A stretch of DNA of 64,000 nt from Promethearchaeota archaeon (GTDB lineage Archaea > Asgardarchaeota > Hermodarchaeia > Hermodarchaeales > Hermodarchaeaceae), in NCBI GenBank assembly GCA_048938385.1, contig JBHLMG010000001.1:256001-320000 (forward strand), written 5' to 3'. The notes under the pieces were generated by a model that made no database searches, was not told the origin of the DNA, and saw only the letters and a program-made list of their open reading frames with translations. Shown here piece by piece: positions 38,708-48,384 of the stretch. A program made the translations under genes and the position numbers. Each line of letters starts with the position of its first letter. Position 1 is the first letter of the stretch.

Positions 38708-39504
38708 CTGTCGGTACCACCTTCGTTAGAAAGTCCCTGTGTAGCGGCTAGCATGTTAAGGCGTTCATTAATTATTCGAATGGCTTCAGATAGGTTGTGG
38801 TGGTTATCAAATTCGTTCTGAATTTGTTCCAACTCGGTGTGTGTTTTGGACTGCAATTGGTCAAGTGTTAATACTAGCAAGGGTAATGCACGTACAATGT
38901 TGTCGATAATACTAATCGTAGCCATTTGAGCGGTACGAGAAAGTGGGTTCAAATCAATGGTGATGACTTTTTTCCCCTGTTTTACTAATCCTTCTGTTCG
39001 ATCGCCATCTTCTAATGGGACGAATGCTAAATCGGCAGTGAATAATCCTCGTTGGTCCACTATGCGTCGATCACTGTGAATTTCGGGAATTGTTCTGTGA
39101 AACTTGGAATCGAGCCCGTAGATTTCAGAAGCCCCAGCGTCTCGAAGAACCTGGGCAATTGCGGTCTCCCGCTCCTTTGATCGATGATACAAATTGACTT
39201 CTAACTTGGCTCCGGTTACCTCTGCGAGTCTAACGAGGTCATGAGGAACTAGGGCGGCGACATTTCCATTTACAGAGATTACTGGATGTCGTGATAAAAG
39301 GAAACTTGCTGCAGCAACACGAATAGCGTTCTGGGCGTTCGTGGTAGTTACTTCACCAATAAGATAATCGAAGGCTTCGCCTCGTCCATGCGCAAAGAGA
39401 CCAAAAGTCGATGTTATGCCCTTCAGAAATCCTTGAACCAGTTTCGATCGTATCTTCAAGGATGTTGCTCTAGGGTGTTCGGGTGAGATTTCATGTTCAT
39501 CCAT
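38704..39504 (-). CDS. Phosphopantothenate synthetase (archaeal PPS)
   Basis: HPR..SL..R, AHGRGEAFDY, SVNGN, VPLEDGDR, DLNPLSRT. Confidence 0.95.
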   Translation of the reverse strand: MDEHEISPEHPRATSLKIRSKLVQGFLKGITSTFGLFAHGRGEAFDYLIGEVTTTNAQNAIRVAAASFLLSRHPVISVNGNVAALVPHDLVRLAEVTGAKLEVNLYHRSKERETAIAQVLRDAGASEIYGLDSKFHRTIPEIHSDRRIVDQRGLFTADLAFVPLEDGDRTEGLVKQGKKVITIDLNPLSRTAQMATISIIDNIVRALPLLVLTLDQLQSKTHTELEQIQNEFDNHHNLSEAIRIINERLNMLAATQGLSNEGGTDR

Positions 39505-40408
39505 CGAGTAGTTGCGCTCCTTGATAATCCACATCCATCACAAGGACTTCATGTTTAGTTGTTTTATGCCTATCAAAGATTCGTTTTAATTCCTGGACTT
39601 CGTCAGAGGTTACCAATGAAAAGACATTTTCGCCAAAAATAGCAGAACTACAAATGAACCCTGCCTCATCGCATTCATGCAACACAGCGTTGACGCGTTT
39701 TGTTAGGATCTGAATGTGTTCGGCAAACCGCCTGGAATACTGTAATAATCTCTTCACTGTCGGATGAAGTTGTAACGCGTCAATCAGCGATCCCCCCAGT
39801 TCATTAATTCGCTGTCGAGCCCTTTCATCATTTAGGTATTCAGGTGTGGGAATTGGTCCAAAGGGAAGACACACAACTTTACAATCGTTGTCGGAGGGTA
39901 TGGTCTTTATTACTCCAACTCCCGGTCCACCGGCCGTAATTCGCATTTCGATACCTCCCAGTGTTTCCGCAATGACTGTACCTAATCCTGTCCGTTGTCG
40001 TACTTCTACAATATGAGCAATCTGTGCTGCTTCGATTCGGGTTAACCCGAGCTTTAAAGCGTGGTTTAACACTAAGGATAGACTTAGGGCTCCAGCACCA
40101 CTGGTCCCGAAACCATAGCCTATTGGCATCGCAACCTCATGGTTTACAAGGATTTTGAAGTCTTGATCGGGTAGGTATGTAAGGAGAGAGGAAATTACCT
40201 CTTTTGATACAGGTGCAGGGTCTGGGCTACCATTTATTTTGATGTAGATTTGCGGCGTTTGTGCGGGCTCAACCTCTACGGAGGTAGTAACTCCACGACT
40301 AATTGTGACACCTGCACCACGCGATCCCCTCTTGAGGGGGTCCTCTGCCTGGTCGCAAATCTGAAAGAATCCAGTGATGTGTCCAGGAGCAAACGCACGG
40401 GCCTTCAT
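39497..40408 (-). CDS. Pantoate kinase (GHMP family)
   Basis: FAPGHITGFF, GSRGAG, PIGYGFGTSG, AHIVEV...TGLG. Confidence 0.92.
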   Translation of the reverse strand: MKARAFAPGHITGFFQICDQAEDPLKRGSRGAGVTISRGVTTSVEVEPAQTPQIYIKINGSPDPAPVSKEVISSLLTYLPDQDFKILVNHEVAMPIGYGFGTSGAGALSLSLVLNHALKLGLTRIEAAQIAHIVEVRQRTGLGTVIAETLGGIEMRITAGGPGVGVIKTIPSDNDCKVVCLPFGPIPTPEYLNDERARQRINELGGSLIDALQLHPTVKRLLQYSRRFAEHIQILTKRVNAVLHECDEAGFICSSAIFGENVFSLVTSDEVQELKRIFDRHKTTKHEVLVMDVDYQGAQLLDG

Positions 40409-40512
40409 AAAAAACGACTGCCTCACCATTTCTTATCAAAGCTGGTGGCGTAAAAGGCGTGAAGTGAGATAAGAACATAAATATTTTGCACCCCTACCTA
40501 TGTACTCCCGAA

Positions 40513-41439
40513 ATGAAACGAGTTTCTGCATTCTGTCCAGCTGGCATATCTAGCTTTTTCCTCGCAGTAACACCTACAAGACCACCCTTCACAATGAATG
40601 AAGCCTGCAAAGTTGGGGCAAAGGGCGGTGGATTTGTAATTACAAAGGGGGTACACACAGAGCTTGTATTGACGACAGCGAAAACAACCAACATCGAAGT
40701 TTCTATTAATGGGCGCTCTGCCCCGAACGCCAAAGTGACTCGAGAAGTATGTAAACTTCTCCTAGAAAAAGTCAAACACTCTTACAATATCGCCATCCAA
40801 CATGATGTTGAAGTACCTATTGGTGCAGGATACGGTGCAAGTGCTGCCGGAGCTGTTAGCACTGCAATGGCACTGAGCAAAGCCTTGGGGTTCAACTTAA
40901 CCCTCAATCAAATAGCACAGTTCGCTCATCTTGCCGAACTTCGTTGTGCTACTGGGTTAGGGAGCGTAAGCGGTGTTGTTCGTGGCGGGGCCATTCTTAT
41001 TTTGGAAGCTGGGGCCCCTGGATATGATCGGGTCGACTGGCTTCCTCTCGAACCTTCACATCGGATAGTCTCAGCGAGTTTTGCCCCCATTCCAAAGGAA
41101 ACCATTATTTTCTCCCCCCAAGCTCAGCAAACTGTGAATAAAGAAGCTCATACCGTAATGGCGAAAATCCTAGCTAATCCCAATCCAGAATTCTTCATGG
41201 AATTGTGTAACAGGTTTGCCCAAAAAGTAGGATTTCTCACTCAACGCCTCAGTAGAGTTCTCACTAAAGTGAAGGAAGCTGGGGCGCTTGGGGCAACCCA
41301 AAACATGATTGGTGAAGCCTTTCATGCCCTCGTCGACCAAGAAAAAGTGAACAATGTAATAAACGCAATTTTACAAGATTTTCCTGCCAATAAAATTCTT
41401 GTTTCAGAAATATATTATGGCGGACCAAGATACAAATGA
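40513..41439 (+). CDS. Second pantoate-kinase-like GHMP kinase
   Basis: FCPAGISSFF, GAKGGG, PIGAGYGASA, AHLAE....TGLG. Confidence 0.85.
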   Translation: MKRVSAFCPAGISSFFLAVTPTRPPFTMNEACKVGAKGGGFVITKGVHTELVLTTAKTTNIEVSINGRSAPNAKVTREVCKLLLEKVKHSYNIAIQHDVEVPIGAGYGASAAGAVSTAMALSKALGFNLTLNQIAQFAHLAELRCATGLGSVSGVVRGGAILILEAGAPGYDRVDWLPLEPSHRIVSASFAPIPKETIIFSPQAQQTVNKEAHTVMAKILANPNPEFFMELCNRFAQKVGFLTQRLSRVLTKVKEAGALGATQNMIGEAFHALVDQEKVNNVINAILQDFPANKILVSEIYYGGPRYK

Positions 41440-41476
41440 AGTACTAATGGCTTTTATCAAACATGTGCGGCTTATA

Positions 41477-42238
41477 ATGAAGGGGCTTACTGTGTTTCCT
41501 CGAATGCACAAATCCCTGTTGATTTCTCTAACTGCGTTGATGGCATCTCTTGTTGCCGTCTTAACAATTCTCATCCAAATTTCAGTACCCGCCACACAGG
41601 GATACTTCAACTTCGGAGAGGTCGGTGTCTATATTACAGCAATTCTATTTGGGCCAATTATTGGTGCCGTTGCCGGGGGAATAGGATCGATGATCGCCGA
41701 TCTTGCCACCGGTTATGTACTATACGCTCCTGGGACCCTCGTCATCAAAGGACTTGAGGGTTTCATTGTAGGTTATCTGAGCTTCGCGTTTCGAGACCGA
41801 TTTGAATCTAAGCATCTCAAGTATCTCGGTGCTGCTCTTGGATTAGGATTAGTAACATGCATGGTAATTATCGGCATATACCGCTTTAGTGGCGAATTGC
41901 AGCTGATTGGTGGTCCTGAAATCCCCTGGTGGGAAATCCCACTCTTTCTCCCCTCTTGGGCTTGGTTCATATTAGCGATATTTTTTGGGTCATTGACCTT
42001 ATTCGTCACTCTGCGATATGAGCCCAAAGCTGCTTGGAACGCGTTTTCAATGCTTTTGGGTGGCATAGGTATGATAACTGGGTACTTTCTTTACGAATTT
42101 TTTATCTTCCAATATGCGGCAATTGCTGAACTGCCGTTTAATTTCATGCAGGTAATCGTCGGAATCATGGTGGCGCTTCCAATTATTGTGCGATTGTTAG
42201 GGACTATGCAGAACTTAGGAGTAATAGGTGAAATCTAA
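41477..42238 (+). CDS. ECF transporter S component (start uncertain)
   Basis: 'P.T.GYFNFGE..VY..A.LFGP..G..AGGIGS..ADL..GY..YAPGTL.IKG.EG'. Confidence 0.85.
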   Translation: MKGLTVFPRMHKSLLISLTALMASLVAVLTILIQISVPATQGYFNFGEVGVYITAILFGPIIGAVAGGIGSMIADLATGYVLYAPGTLVIKGLEGFIVGYLSFAFRDRFESKHLKYLGAALGLGLVTCMVIIGIYRFSGELQLIGGPEIPWWEIPLFLPSWAWFILAIFFGSLTLFVTLRYEPKAAWNAFSMLLGGIGMITGYFLYEFFIFQYAAIAELPFNFMQVIVGIMVALPIIVRLLGTMQNLGVIGEI

Positions 42239-42309
42239 CGACCAGCGCAAGTTTTTAGCGGAGTGAATCAAGTTTTAATGCCGATATCACACTGTATTTC
42301 GTGTTGCAT

Positions 42310-42705
42310 ATGACAGAGCCTTCCCTTCCTGAGGATCCAATGGAAGCTATCATGCAAATCCTTCGTGATGCAGAGCAACATGTAGATGGCATCCAAGGTG
42401 TAGCTGTAGCCTCCACAGACGGTCTTCCCATGGCAAGTGCTGTTGACGCGAAAATTGGAGAAGCTGAACTTGCAGCCTTAGCCTCTTCTATGCTTTCCAT
42501 CGGTTCCACGGCAATAACCAACCTCAAGAAGGGAGAACTCGATAGCATTTATGTCAAATGTGAAAATGGGTACATTCTTCTCAGGTATAGCGGACCCCTT
42601 GCTGTGGTTCTCTTCATTACTGAAGCTACTGCGCGCCTTGGCCCCCTTCTACTTGAGTTAAAACGAACTGCTTCACGCCTTGAAAAGATGCTGGGATTCG
42701 GGTAA
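42310..42705 (+). CDS. Roadblock/LC7 protein
   Basis: VAVASTDGLPMAS...LAALASS...LKKGELDSIYVKCENG. Confidence 0.92.
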   Translation: MTEPSLPEDPMEAIMQILRDAEQHVDGIQGVAVASTDGLPMASAVDAKIGEAELAALASSMLSIGSTAITNLKKGELDSIYVKCENGYILLRYSGPLAVVLFITEATARLGPLLLELKRTASRLEKMLGFG

Positions 42706-42721
42706 CCGCATACACTAATGG

Positions 42722-43480
42722 CTAGAAACCTAGGTGTTGAATAACCTCATTGACACCCTGATCATTGCGAATGCTCGTTCGCAACACAACTAGATCAGGA
42801 TTAATTTTCTTTGCGTCTTCTTCTAATAGATCCACATTAACTTCCATGATTTGAGCTAGATCTATTTTATTGATGACGAGTACATCAGCTTCGTGAAACA
42901 TTACAGGGTGTTTTTGAATCATCCAGGGACCTTCTGTCACACTAACAACTACCAGACGCAAATGACTCCCTAAAGGAAAGTCAGCGGGACAAATGAGGTT
43001 TCCTACATTCTCAATGATAATGATTTTAGTTGATTCCAAGTCAACTGCCTCGAGGGCTTTTCGAATTAACTTCGCATCCAAGTGACATTCAACACCCGTA
43101 TTCACTTGAATTGTACGAACCCCATGTTGAGCGACACGATCCGCATCAATGGTAGTTGTAACATCTCCAGCGATAACCACAATCTGATCTCGGCGATTTG
43201 CTAATTTTTGAATAATTGCCTCAACTAGTGAGGTTTTACCTGAACCAACGCTTCCAAGGATATTGATAGTCCGAATACCGTGTTTTTCGAATAAGGATAA
43301 ATTATCTTCAGCAAGTCTTCGGTTTCTAGCCATGAAATTCTCTTCTAAAGGGATTTGAACAGATTCGGTATTAGGAGGAAGATGGGCTGCATGGTGATGT
43401 CCGTGGCTATGATCGTGATGGTGTTCCCCTTCATCAGGGGTAATGATGACTTGTTTTTTCTTATCTCTTACTGGCGACAC
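42722..43480 (-). CDS. hypB: Nickel-insertion GTPase HypB
   Basis: His-rich N-terminus, GSGKT, CHLDA, ENVGNLICP, NKID. Confidence 0.94.
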   Translation of the reverse strand: MSPVRDKKKQVIITPDEGEHHHDHSHGHHHAAHLPPNTESVQIPLEENFMARNRRLAEDNLSLFEKHGIRTINILGSVGSGKTSLVEAIIQKLANRRDQIVVIAGDVTTTIDADRVAQHGVRTIQVNTGVECHLDAKLIRKALEAVDLESTKIIIIENVGNLICPADFPLGSHLRLVVVSVTEGPWMIQKHPVMFHEADVLVINKIDLAQIMEVNVDLLEEDAKKINPDLVVLRTSIRNDQGVNEVIQHLGF

Positions 43481-43615
43481 TGAATAACCTCCACTTTCCT
43501 GCTGTATCCCTTGATTTCGCGTTTTTCAATCATTCCATCGTTCTAGATGTAGTATACATCAAGATGGTCACTCAGAACTATAGGGAAATATATAGAACTT
43601 GTGCCATAGTACAGG

Positions 43616-44425
43616 TTGGTTGGAGGAATTTTGGTGCAGGCACTTCATATTACTGAAACCCGAGCGATTGTACCAGTTACTCGAAAGCTAACGGAAATAC
43701 GGTTTTCTCTTGAGGATTTAATTGGGTCAGCTGCCTCAGTTGAAGACGAGCCATCGGGAAGTTCGCGAAGACGACTGAGCAATCGTCGGATTGGACAGTT
43801 GTTGCCTAACGCGGTCTTACAATGCCAAAAAGCGTCGTCTGAATTCATTGAATTGAATCTCACCTACGATCGCACAATTAAAATCCCTGTAGGCAGGCCT
43901 CGCGAATTCCGGTATCAGGTCCAAACTTATACAGTGACTTCAGAAATTTTGTGGCGCCCTGAGACAGGCTTCTGTTTCATCATGGATCTACCACGAAGTG
44001 CTGTCAAAGCTACGACTTGGATGTTATCTTCTGCAGTGCTAGGGTATCCTGGTCGGTTGTCGAGTCTTGACATCGGTCGAACTCAGATGCGAAAAGTAAT
44101 CAGTTTTATCACCGCCAAGACCAAAGGCGGACCTGGGGAGCTCCTTCGTGCGATATTTCGGAATGTTGAACTCGATGGTAACTACTTAGATGAAGTAAGT
44201 CTTCGAGCTCGTGACCTTAACAAAGCTGATTTGTACAAAGATGTTCAGCAAAATGCTGGAAGTATTCATGCGGTGAGTTTCGCCACACCAATAATACCTG
44301 GCATCGATCGTCCCCTTGCCTGTCGGATGGATTCATCGGGCTCTGTGTTGGTGTATTCTCAGCGGCTGCAAAGTGATGCACTTCGAGCCTTTCTGTTATG
44401 GCTGGAAGAAATGCTTGCGAAGTAA
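43616..44425 (+). CDS. Hypothetical protein
   Basis: 269-aa ORF with a GGAGG SD near the start. Confidence 0.7.
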   Translation: MVGGILVQALHITETRAIVPVTRKLTEIRFSLEDLIGSAASVEDEPSGSSRRRLSNRRIGQLLPNAVLQCQKASSEFIELNLTYDRTIKIPVGRPREFRYQVQTYTVTSEILWRPETGFCFIMDLPRSAVKATTWMLSSAVLGYPGRLSSLDIGRTQMRKVISFITAKTKGGPGELLRAIFRNVELDGNYLDEVSLRARDLNKADLYKDVQQNAGSIHAVSFATPIIPGIDRPLACRMDSSGSVLVYSQRLQSDALRAFLLWLEEMLAK

Positions 44426-44517
44426 TCCAAACCTACTAGTATGATTATCTAGTTTCCACTAAGCTTATTTGTGCTTGTTCAGAGGTAAGGGGAATCAGTA
44501 CCCGAGGGACCAAGTTC

Positions 44518-45405
44518 ATGGTTATCGTCACAAGTGGAAGCCCGTCTAAGACGCTAGCTTGGAGAGTGGCTGAAAAACTTTCAGCAGCTTATCTTGATAC
44601 AGATGTTAAACATTTTCCAGATGGTGAAATCTATGTTCGTTTTCTTGGAGAAGTAAAAGACGAAGAAGTCATTGTTGTCCAATCGTTAAGTCACCAACCA
44701 AACCATTATCTCATAGAACTCTTCTTTATGCTTGATGCACTAAAGGACTTGAAAGCTAAACGCGTTGTTGCGGTCTTACCCTACTTTGCCTACGCTCGTC
44801 AAGATGAACGATTCAAACCAGGAGAGGCTATTAGTTTAAAGACGGTGAGCCGTTTAATTGAGGAAGCCGGTGCAGACCATATCTTTACAATAGATTCTCA
44901 TCGTCACCGAGTTTTGGATCAAGATGAGCTTACGACAGTACCTCTTCAAGATTTGACTGCTATGGCTGAACTAGCTAACTATGTGGCAACCAAATACAAA
45001 ATGGACAATCCTGCAGTAATTGGGCCTGACGCTGAAGCAGGTGCTTGGGCAAAAATAGCTGCAGACACTCTCTCCGTAGAGTATGATGCTCTCGAGAAAA
45101 AGCGATACGATGCTGAAACTGTTGAAATCAAACCCCGTCATCTCGATCTAAAGGATCGTGATGTACTCATCGTAGATGATATAATTAGTACAGGGAACAC
45201 CATAATCAAAGCCATTGAAGTCTTGAAAAGGAACGGTGCAAAGAATATCTATGTTGCCTGCACTCATCCACTTCTCGTTCTTAATGCTCTTGTAAGAATA
45301 TACCAGGCAGGTGCCCTTGATGTTATCGGTACAGATACAGTTCAATCCGCTATCAGTTATGTTTCCGTTGCACCTGTGATAGCTGAAGCCATAAAGAAAA
45401 TCTAA
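44518..45405 (+). CDS. prs: Ribose-phosphate pyrophosphokinase
   Basis: FPDGE, PYFAYARQD, VDDIISTG. Confidence 0.96.
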   Translation: MVIVTSGSPSKTLAWRVAEKLSAAYLDTDVKHFPDGEIYVRFLGEVKDEEVIVVQSLSHQPNHYLIELFFMLDALKDLKAKRVVAVLPYFAYARQDERFKPGEAISLKTVSRLIEEAGADHIFTIDSHRHRVLDQDELTTVPLQDLTAMAELANYVATKYKMDNPAVIGPDAEAGAWAKIAADTLSVEYDALEKKRYDAETVEIKPRHLDLKDRDVLIVDDIISTGNTIIKAIEVLKRNGAKNIYVACTHPLLVLNALVRIYQAGALDVIGTDTVQSAISYVSVAPVIAEAIKKI

Positions 45406-45423
45406 TTTCAGGAGAAATCAAAT

Positions 45424-45672
45424 ATGCCTTTAGAGCCTCGCAAACATTGGAAAGCCCTTAAGTGTCCTATCTGCGGTGAAAAAGCGGTCTTCTTCGTTAC
45501 AATGGATGCGGTTAAAGATGCTAACCAATATCCGGTACCCTTTGAAGTCATTCATAACGACCACAAATTCATGATCTATCTCGATTCAGGGCTACTCATT
45601 AGCCGAATCGAAGAACCTCCACAACCTCTTCCAACTAAGAAGAGCAAGTCTAAAAGCAAAAAGGCTAAATAA
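45424..45672 (+). CDS. Small putative Zn-binding protein with a Lys-rich tail
   Basis: CPIC and H..H; AGGAG SD. Confidence 0.7.
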   Translation: MPLEPRKHWKALKCPICGEKAVFFVTMDAVKDANQYPVPFEVIHNDHKFMIYLDSGLLISRIEEPPQPLPTKKSKSKSKKAK

Positions 45673-45696
45673 GTTGCTTAAACCATTCAGGGCGGA

Positions 45697-45820
45697 AGCC
45701 CGGTAGTGTAGGTTCCTACAAAAGGGGGCACAGTGGTCAATCATCCGAGGCTCTGGATTCGCGCTGGTGACGCGAAGGAGATACCTTGGGACCGCGGTTC
45801 GAATCCGCGCCGGGCTACCA
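45697..45820 (+). tRNA. tRNA-Gln(CUG) with two introns (45712-45733 at 15/16; 45757-45782 at 37/38), CCA encoded
   Basis: AGCCCGG/CCGGGCT acceptor (A1-U72), T-arm CGCGG-TTCGAAT-CCGCG, BHB helices GTGT/GCAC and CTCT/GGAG. Confidence 0.93.
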
Positions 45821-45844
45821 CGCTTATTTCCTTTTCACTGAAGG

Positions 45845-46393
45845 TTATCGATCGAAGAATGGACTCTTTCCAATGGCGGCTAGGGGAATACCTATTATGA
45901 TCGTGCAGTCAGGCATTAATTTAAGGCGATACGCTCCAACACCAGCACGAAAGAAAACCCGATTATCAACATTGTGAATCTGTGCGGTCTTCACTGCGCT
46001 GCCGATTGCTATACCCAAATCAATGGCTTTGATGGTACAATTGGGACCTGCAAAAAACCGCCCCTCCCTACGGCCAGAGCTGAGCATTTCATTGCAGTTT
46101 TTATAACCGCAAGCACCACATTGGGTGCCAAGGGCTTTGGGTCCTTTCAAGCCAATCAGAACTAATGCTGTTGCTTGTTCGATATTTATCGCATCACGAG
46201 TCCAATGTTCACCGGCTTCTTTTGCAAGAATGTGCATTTCCTTTGCGACAGTATCCTTCTCTTTACCGGTTAATATCAGGGCTTCAATGTCATCGATACC
46301 TTTGCCTTTTGGTGCAGTTCGAATCGCAAGTAGCATGAGCCGGGCTACCTCAAGAACAGCCTTGGCTTCTTCTTCTGGGCCACTAATTCGCAT
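45845..46393 (-). CDS. DUF2148 ferredoxin-domain protein
   Basis: RTAPK.KG.D, CGACG...C, DLGIAIGSA, VDNR. Confidence 0.85.
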   Translation of the reverse strand: MRISGPEEEAKAVLEVARLMLLAIRTAPKGKGIDDIEALILTGKEKDTVAKEMHILAKEAGEHWTRDAINIEQATALVLIGLKGPKALGTQCGACGYKNCNEMLSSGRREGRFFAGPNCTIKAIDLGIAIGSAVKTAQIHNVDNRVFFRAGVGAYRLKLMPDCTIIIGIPLAAIGKSPFFDR

Positions 46394-46584
46394 AGAACCA
46401 CCAATCACTCCATATCTATCTGGAATTTTAGTTTTTACTATGAACTGCATTCTTTTGCCTTTGACCCGGTTATTCGTGATTCAAGGAGTTCACTTTTTAG
46501 AAACCCAAAAGGCTAATTTTATTGGAGATATAGGCTAATCAACAAGACATCCTGTAATTTCCTGGTTTTAAACTGAGGTAAGCC

Positions 46585-47583
46585 ATGTTGGCGTCTATTC
46601 GTGTTTCGGTCGGTACTGCGGCGGTACTGAAACTTCTACATTGTAAACAAGATGCTTTACCCACAACTGCCTACACAATGATATATTCACCCAAACGCTG
46701 TACTGCTAATTGCGCCTTTTGCGCACAGGCCCGTCAGAGCACTGCCAAAGCTAATCGCCTCTCTCGAATCGCTTGGCCTGACTTTCCAGTATCAAAATTT
46801 ATTGATGGATACAAGGCGAATCAACATGAACTACCTTTTCAACGCATCTGCATCCAAACAATTTACTATACACAGTTAATCGAAGACCTCGGAAATCTAG
46901 TTCAGACCTTTCGAAGCTTCCTTCCTCAGCTCCCTCTTTCCCTGGCTCTCCCTCCCTTGACTAGACACCAGTTTCAATACTTATACGATTTGGGAGTGGA
47001 GCGTGTTGCGGTGGCGTTGGATGCTGCCACTCACGAACTATTTCATAACATTAAGGGCCCAGGAGTAAACGGTCCGTTCTCGTGGGATAAACATAACCAC
47101 GCCCTTGAAACCGCTCTTTCAATTTTTGGAAGATACCGAACTACTACCCATCTAATCATAGGACTTGGAGAAACTGAGTTTCAAACAATTAACCTACTTC
47201 AAGATTTGACTGATAAAGGCATAAATGTGGGCCTTTTTCCTTTTACACCAATTACAGGAACAGTTCTTGAGCATAGACCCCGCCCGTCTCTAACCCAGTA
47301 TCGGCGCATACAAATTGCGTACTATCTCATCCGAAATCGGATCTCTAGTGGTAGCCAAATGGAATTTAATCGATCAAGACGCCAACTCACTGGATTCGGA
47401 ATTTCAAACGAGCTTCTCGATGAAATTATTTCACGAGAGACGGTGTTTCAGACAACGGGATGTCCATCTTGTAACCGCCCGTTCTTCACAGAGGAACCGA
47501 GAGGTCCCCTTTATAACTATCCACAAGCCCCCTCTGCCTCAGCGCTAAATGAAATTCGAAACCAGCTAGGAGGAATTCATTAG
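46585..47583 (+). CDS. Archaeal lipoyl synthase subunit LipS2-type radical SAM protein
   Basis: CTANCAFC; TTGCPSCNRP motif. Confidence 0.85.
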   Translation: MLASIRVSVGTAAVLKLLHCKQDALPTTAYTMIYSPKRCTANCAFCAQARQSTAKANRLSRIAWPDFPVSKFIDGYKANQHELPFQRICIQTIYYTQLIEDLGNLVQTFRSFLPQLPLSLALPPLTRHQFQYLYDLGVERVAVALDAATHELFHNIKGPGVNGPFSWDKHNHALETALSIFGRYRTTTHLIIGLGETEFQTINLLQDLTDKGINVGLFPFTPITGTVLEHRPRPSLTQYRRIQIAYYLIRNRISSGSQMEFNRSRRQLTGFGISNELLDEIISRETVFQTTGCPSCNRPFFTEEPRGPLYNYPQAPSASALNEIRNQLGGIH

Positions 47584-47586
47584 GCT

Positions 47587-48384
47587 ATGACACAACTTTG
47601 GCGACTTATTCGGACTGGAATATTCAATGCCTATGAAAACATGGCTATTGATCATGTTCTGCTCGATGGTCTGCACAAAGATACAGCTGCGAATACTGTA
47701 CGATTTTATCGATGGAACCCCTCAGCCGTCTCTATCGGAAGATTCCAACATCTTGAAGACGAAGTCAATGTAGAGGCTTGTCGCAAGTTGAACATTGATA
47801 TTGTTCGACGCATCTCAAGCGGTGGTGCAGTATATCATGACTTTGAGGGTGAACTAACCTACAGCATAATCTGCCGTACTGATGAAACCAATTTACCCAC
47901 GGATGTGATTGAGACATACCAACACATTTGCGCCGGCCTTCTTAAAGCGCTTAATCGATTGGGAGTCCACGGAAAATTTTCTCATGGCTCAGAAAGACTT
48001 TGTCCTAATATTTTCGTAAAGAAACGGAAGATTTCAGGTAATGCTCAATCTCGCCGAGGGAACACTCTTTTGCAACACGGTACTATTCTTCGCTCACTGG
48101 ACTTGAGCAAAATGTTCACAGTCTTGAAAGTCAACAAGGGCCAAGCCGATGAGGCGTTCATCCAACAAGCAGCACAGAAATTGACATCACTACATCACGA
48201 GCTAGAAAAGACACCAGCTTTTGGACAAATCGAGGAAGCCTTAGTAGACGGTTTAGGTGCAGCACTCCCTGCCCGATTCTATGAAGAGGGATTGACCGAT
48301 GCTGAATTACAATCTGCTAGGCATTTAGCCACCTCATGGTATGCTTCCCCTGAATGGTCCTATCAACGAGGCTTCAAACATTGA
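47587..48384 (+). CDS. Lipoate/octanoate-protein ligase catalytic domain
   Basis: NMAID, RRISSGGAVYHD, KISGNAQ, QHGT. Confidence 0.92.
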   Translation: MTQLWRLIRTGIFNAYENMAIDHVLLDGLHKDTAANTVRFYRWNPSAVSIGRFQHLEDEVNVEACRKLNIDIVRRISSGGAVYHDFEGELTYSIICRTDETNLPTDVIETYQHICAGLLKALNRLGVHGKFSHGSERLCPNIFVKKRKISGNAQSRRGNTLLQHGTILRSLDLSKMFTVLKVNKGQADEAFIQQAAQKLTSLHHELEKTPAFGQIEEALVDGLGAALPARFYEEGLTDAELQSARHLATSWYASPEWSYQRGFKH

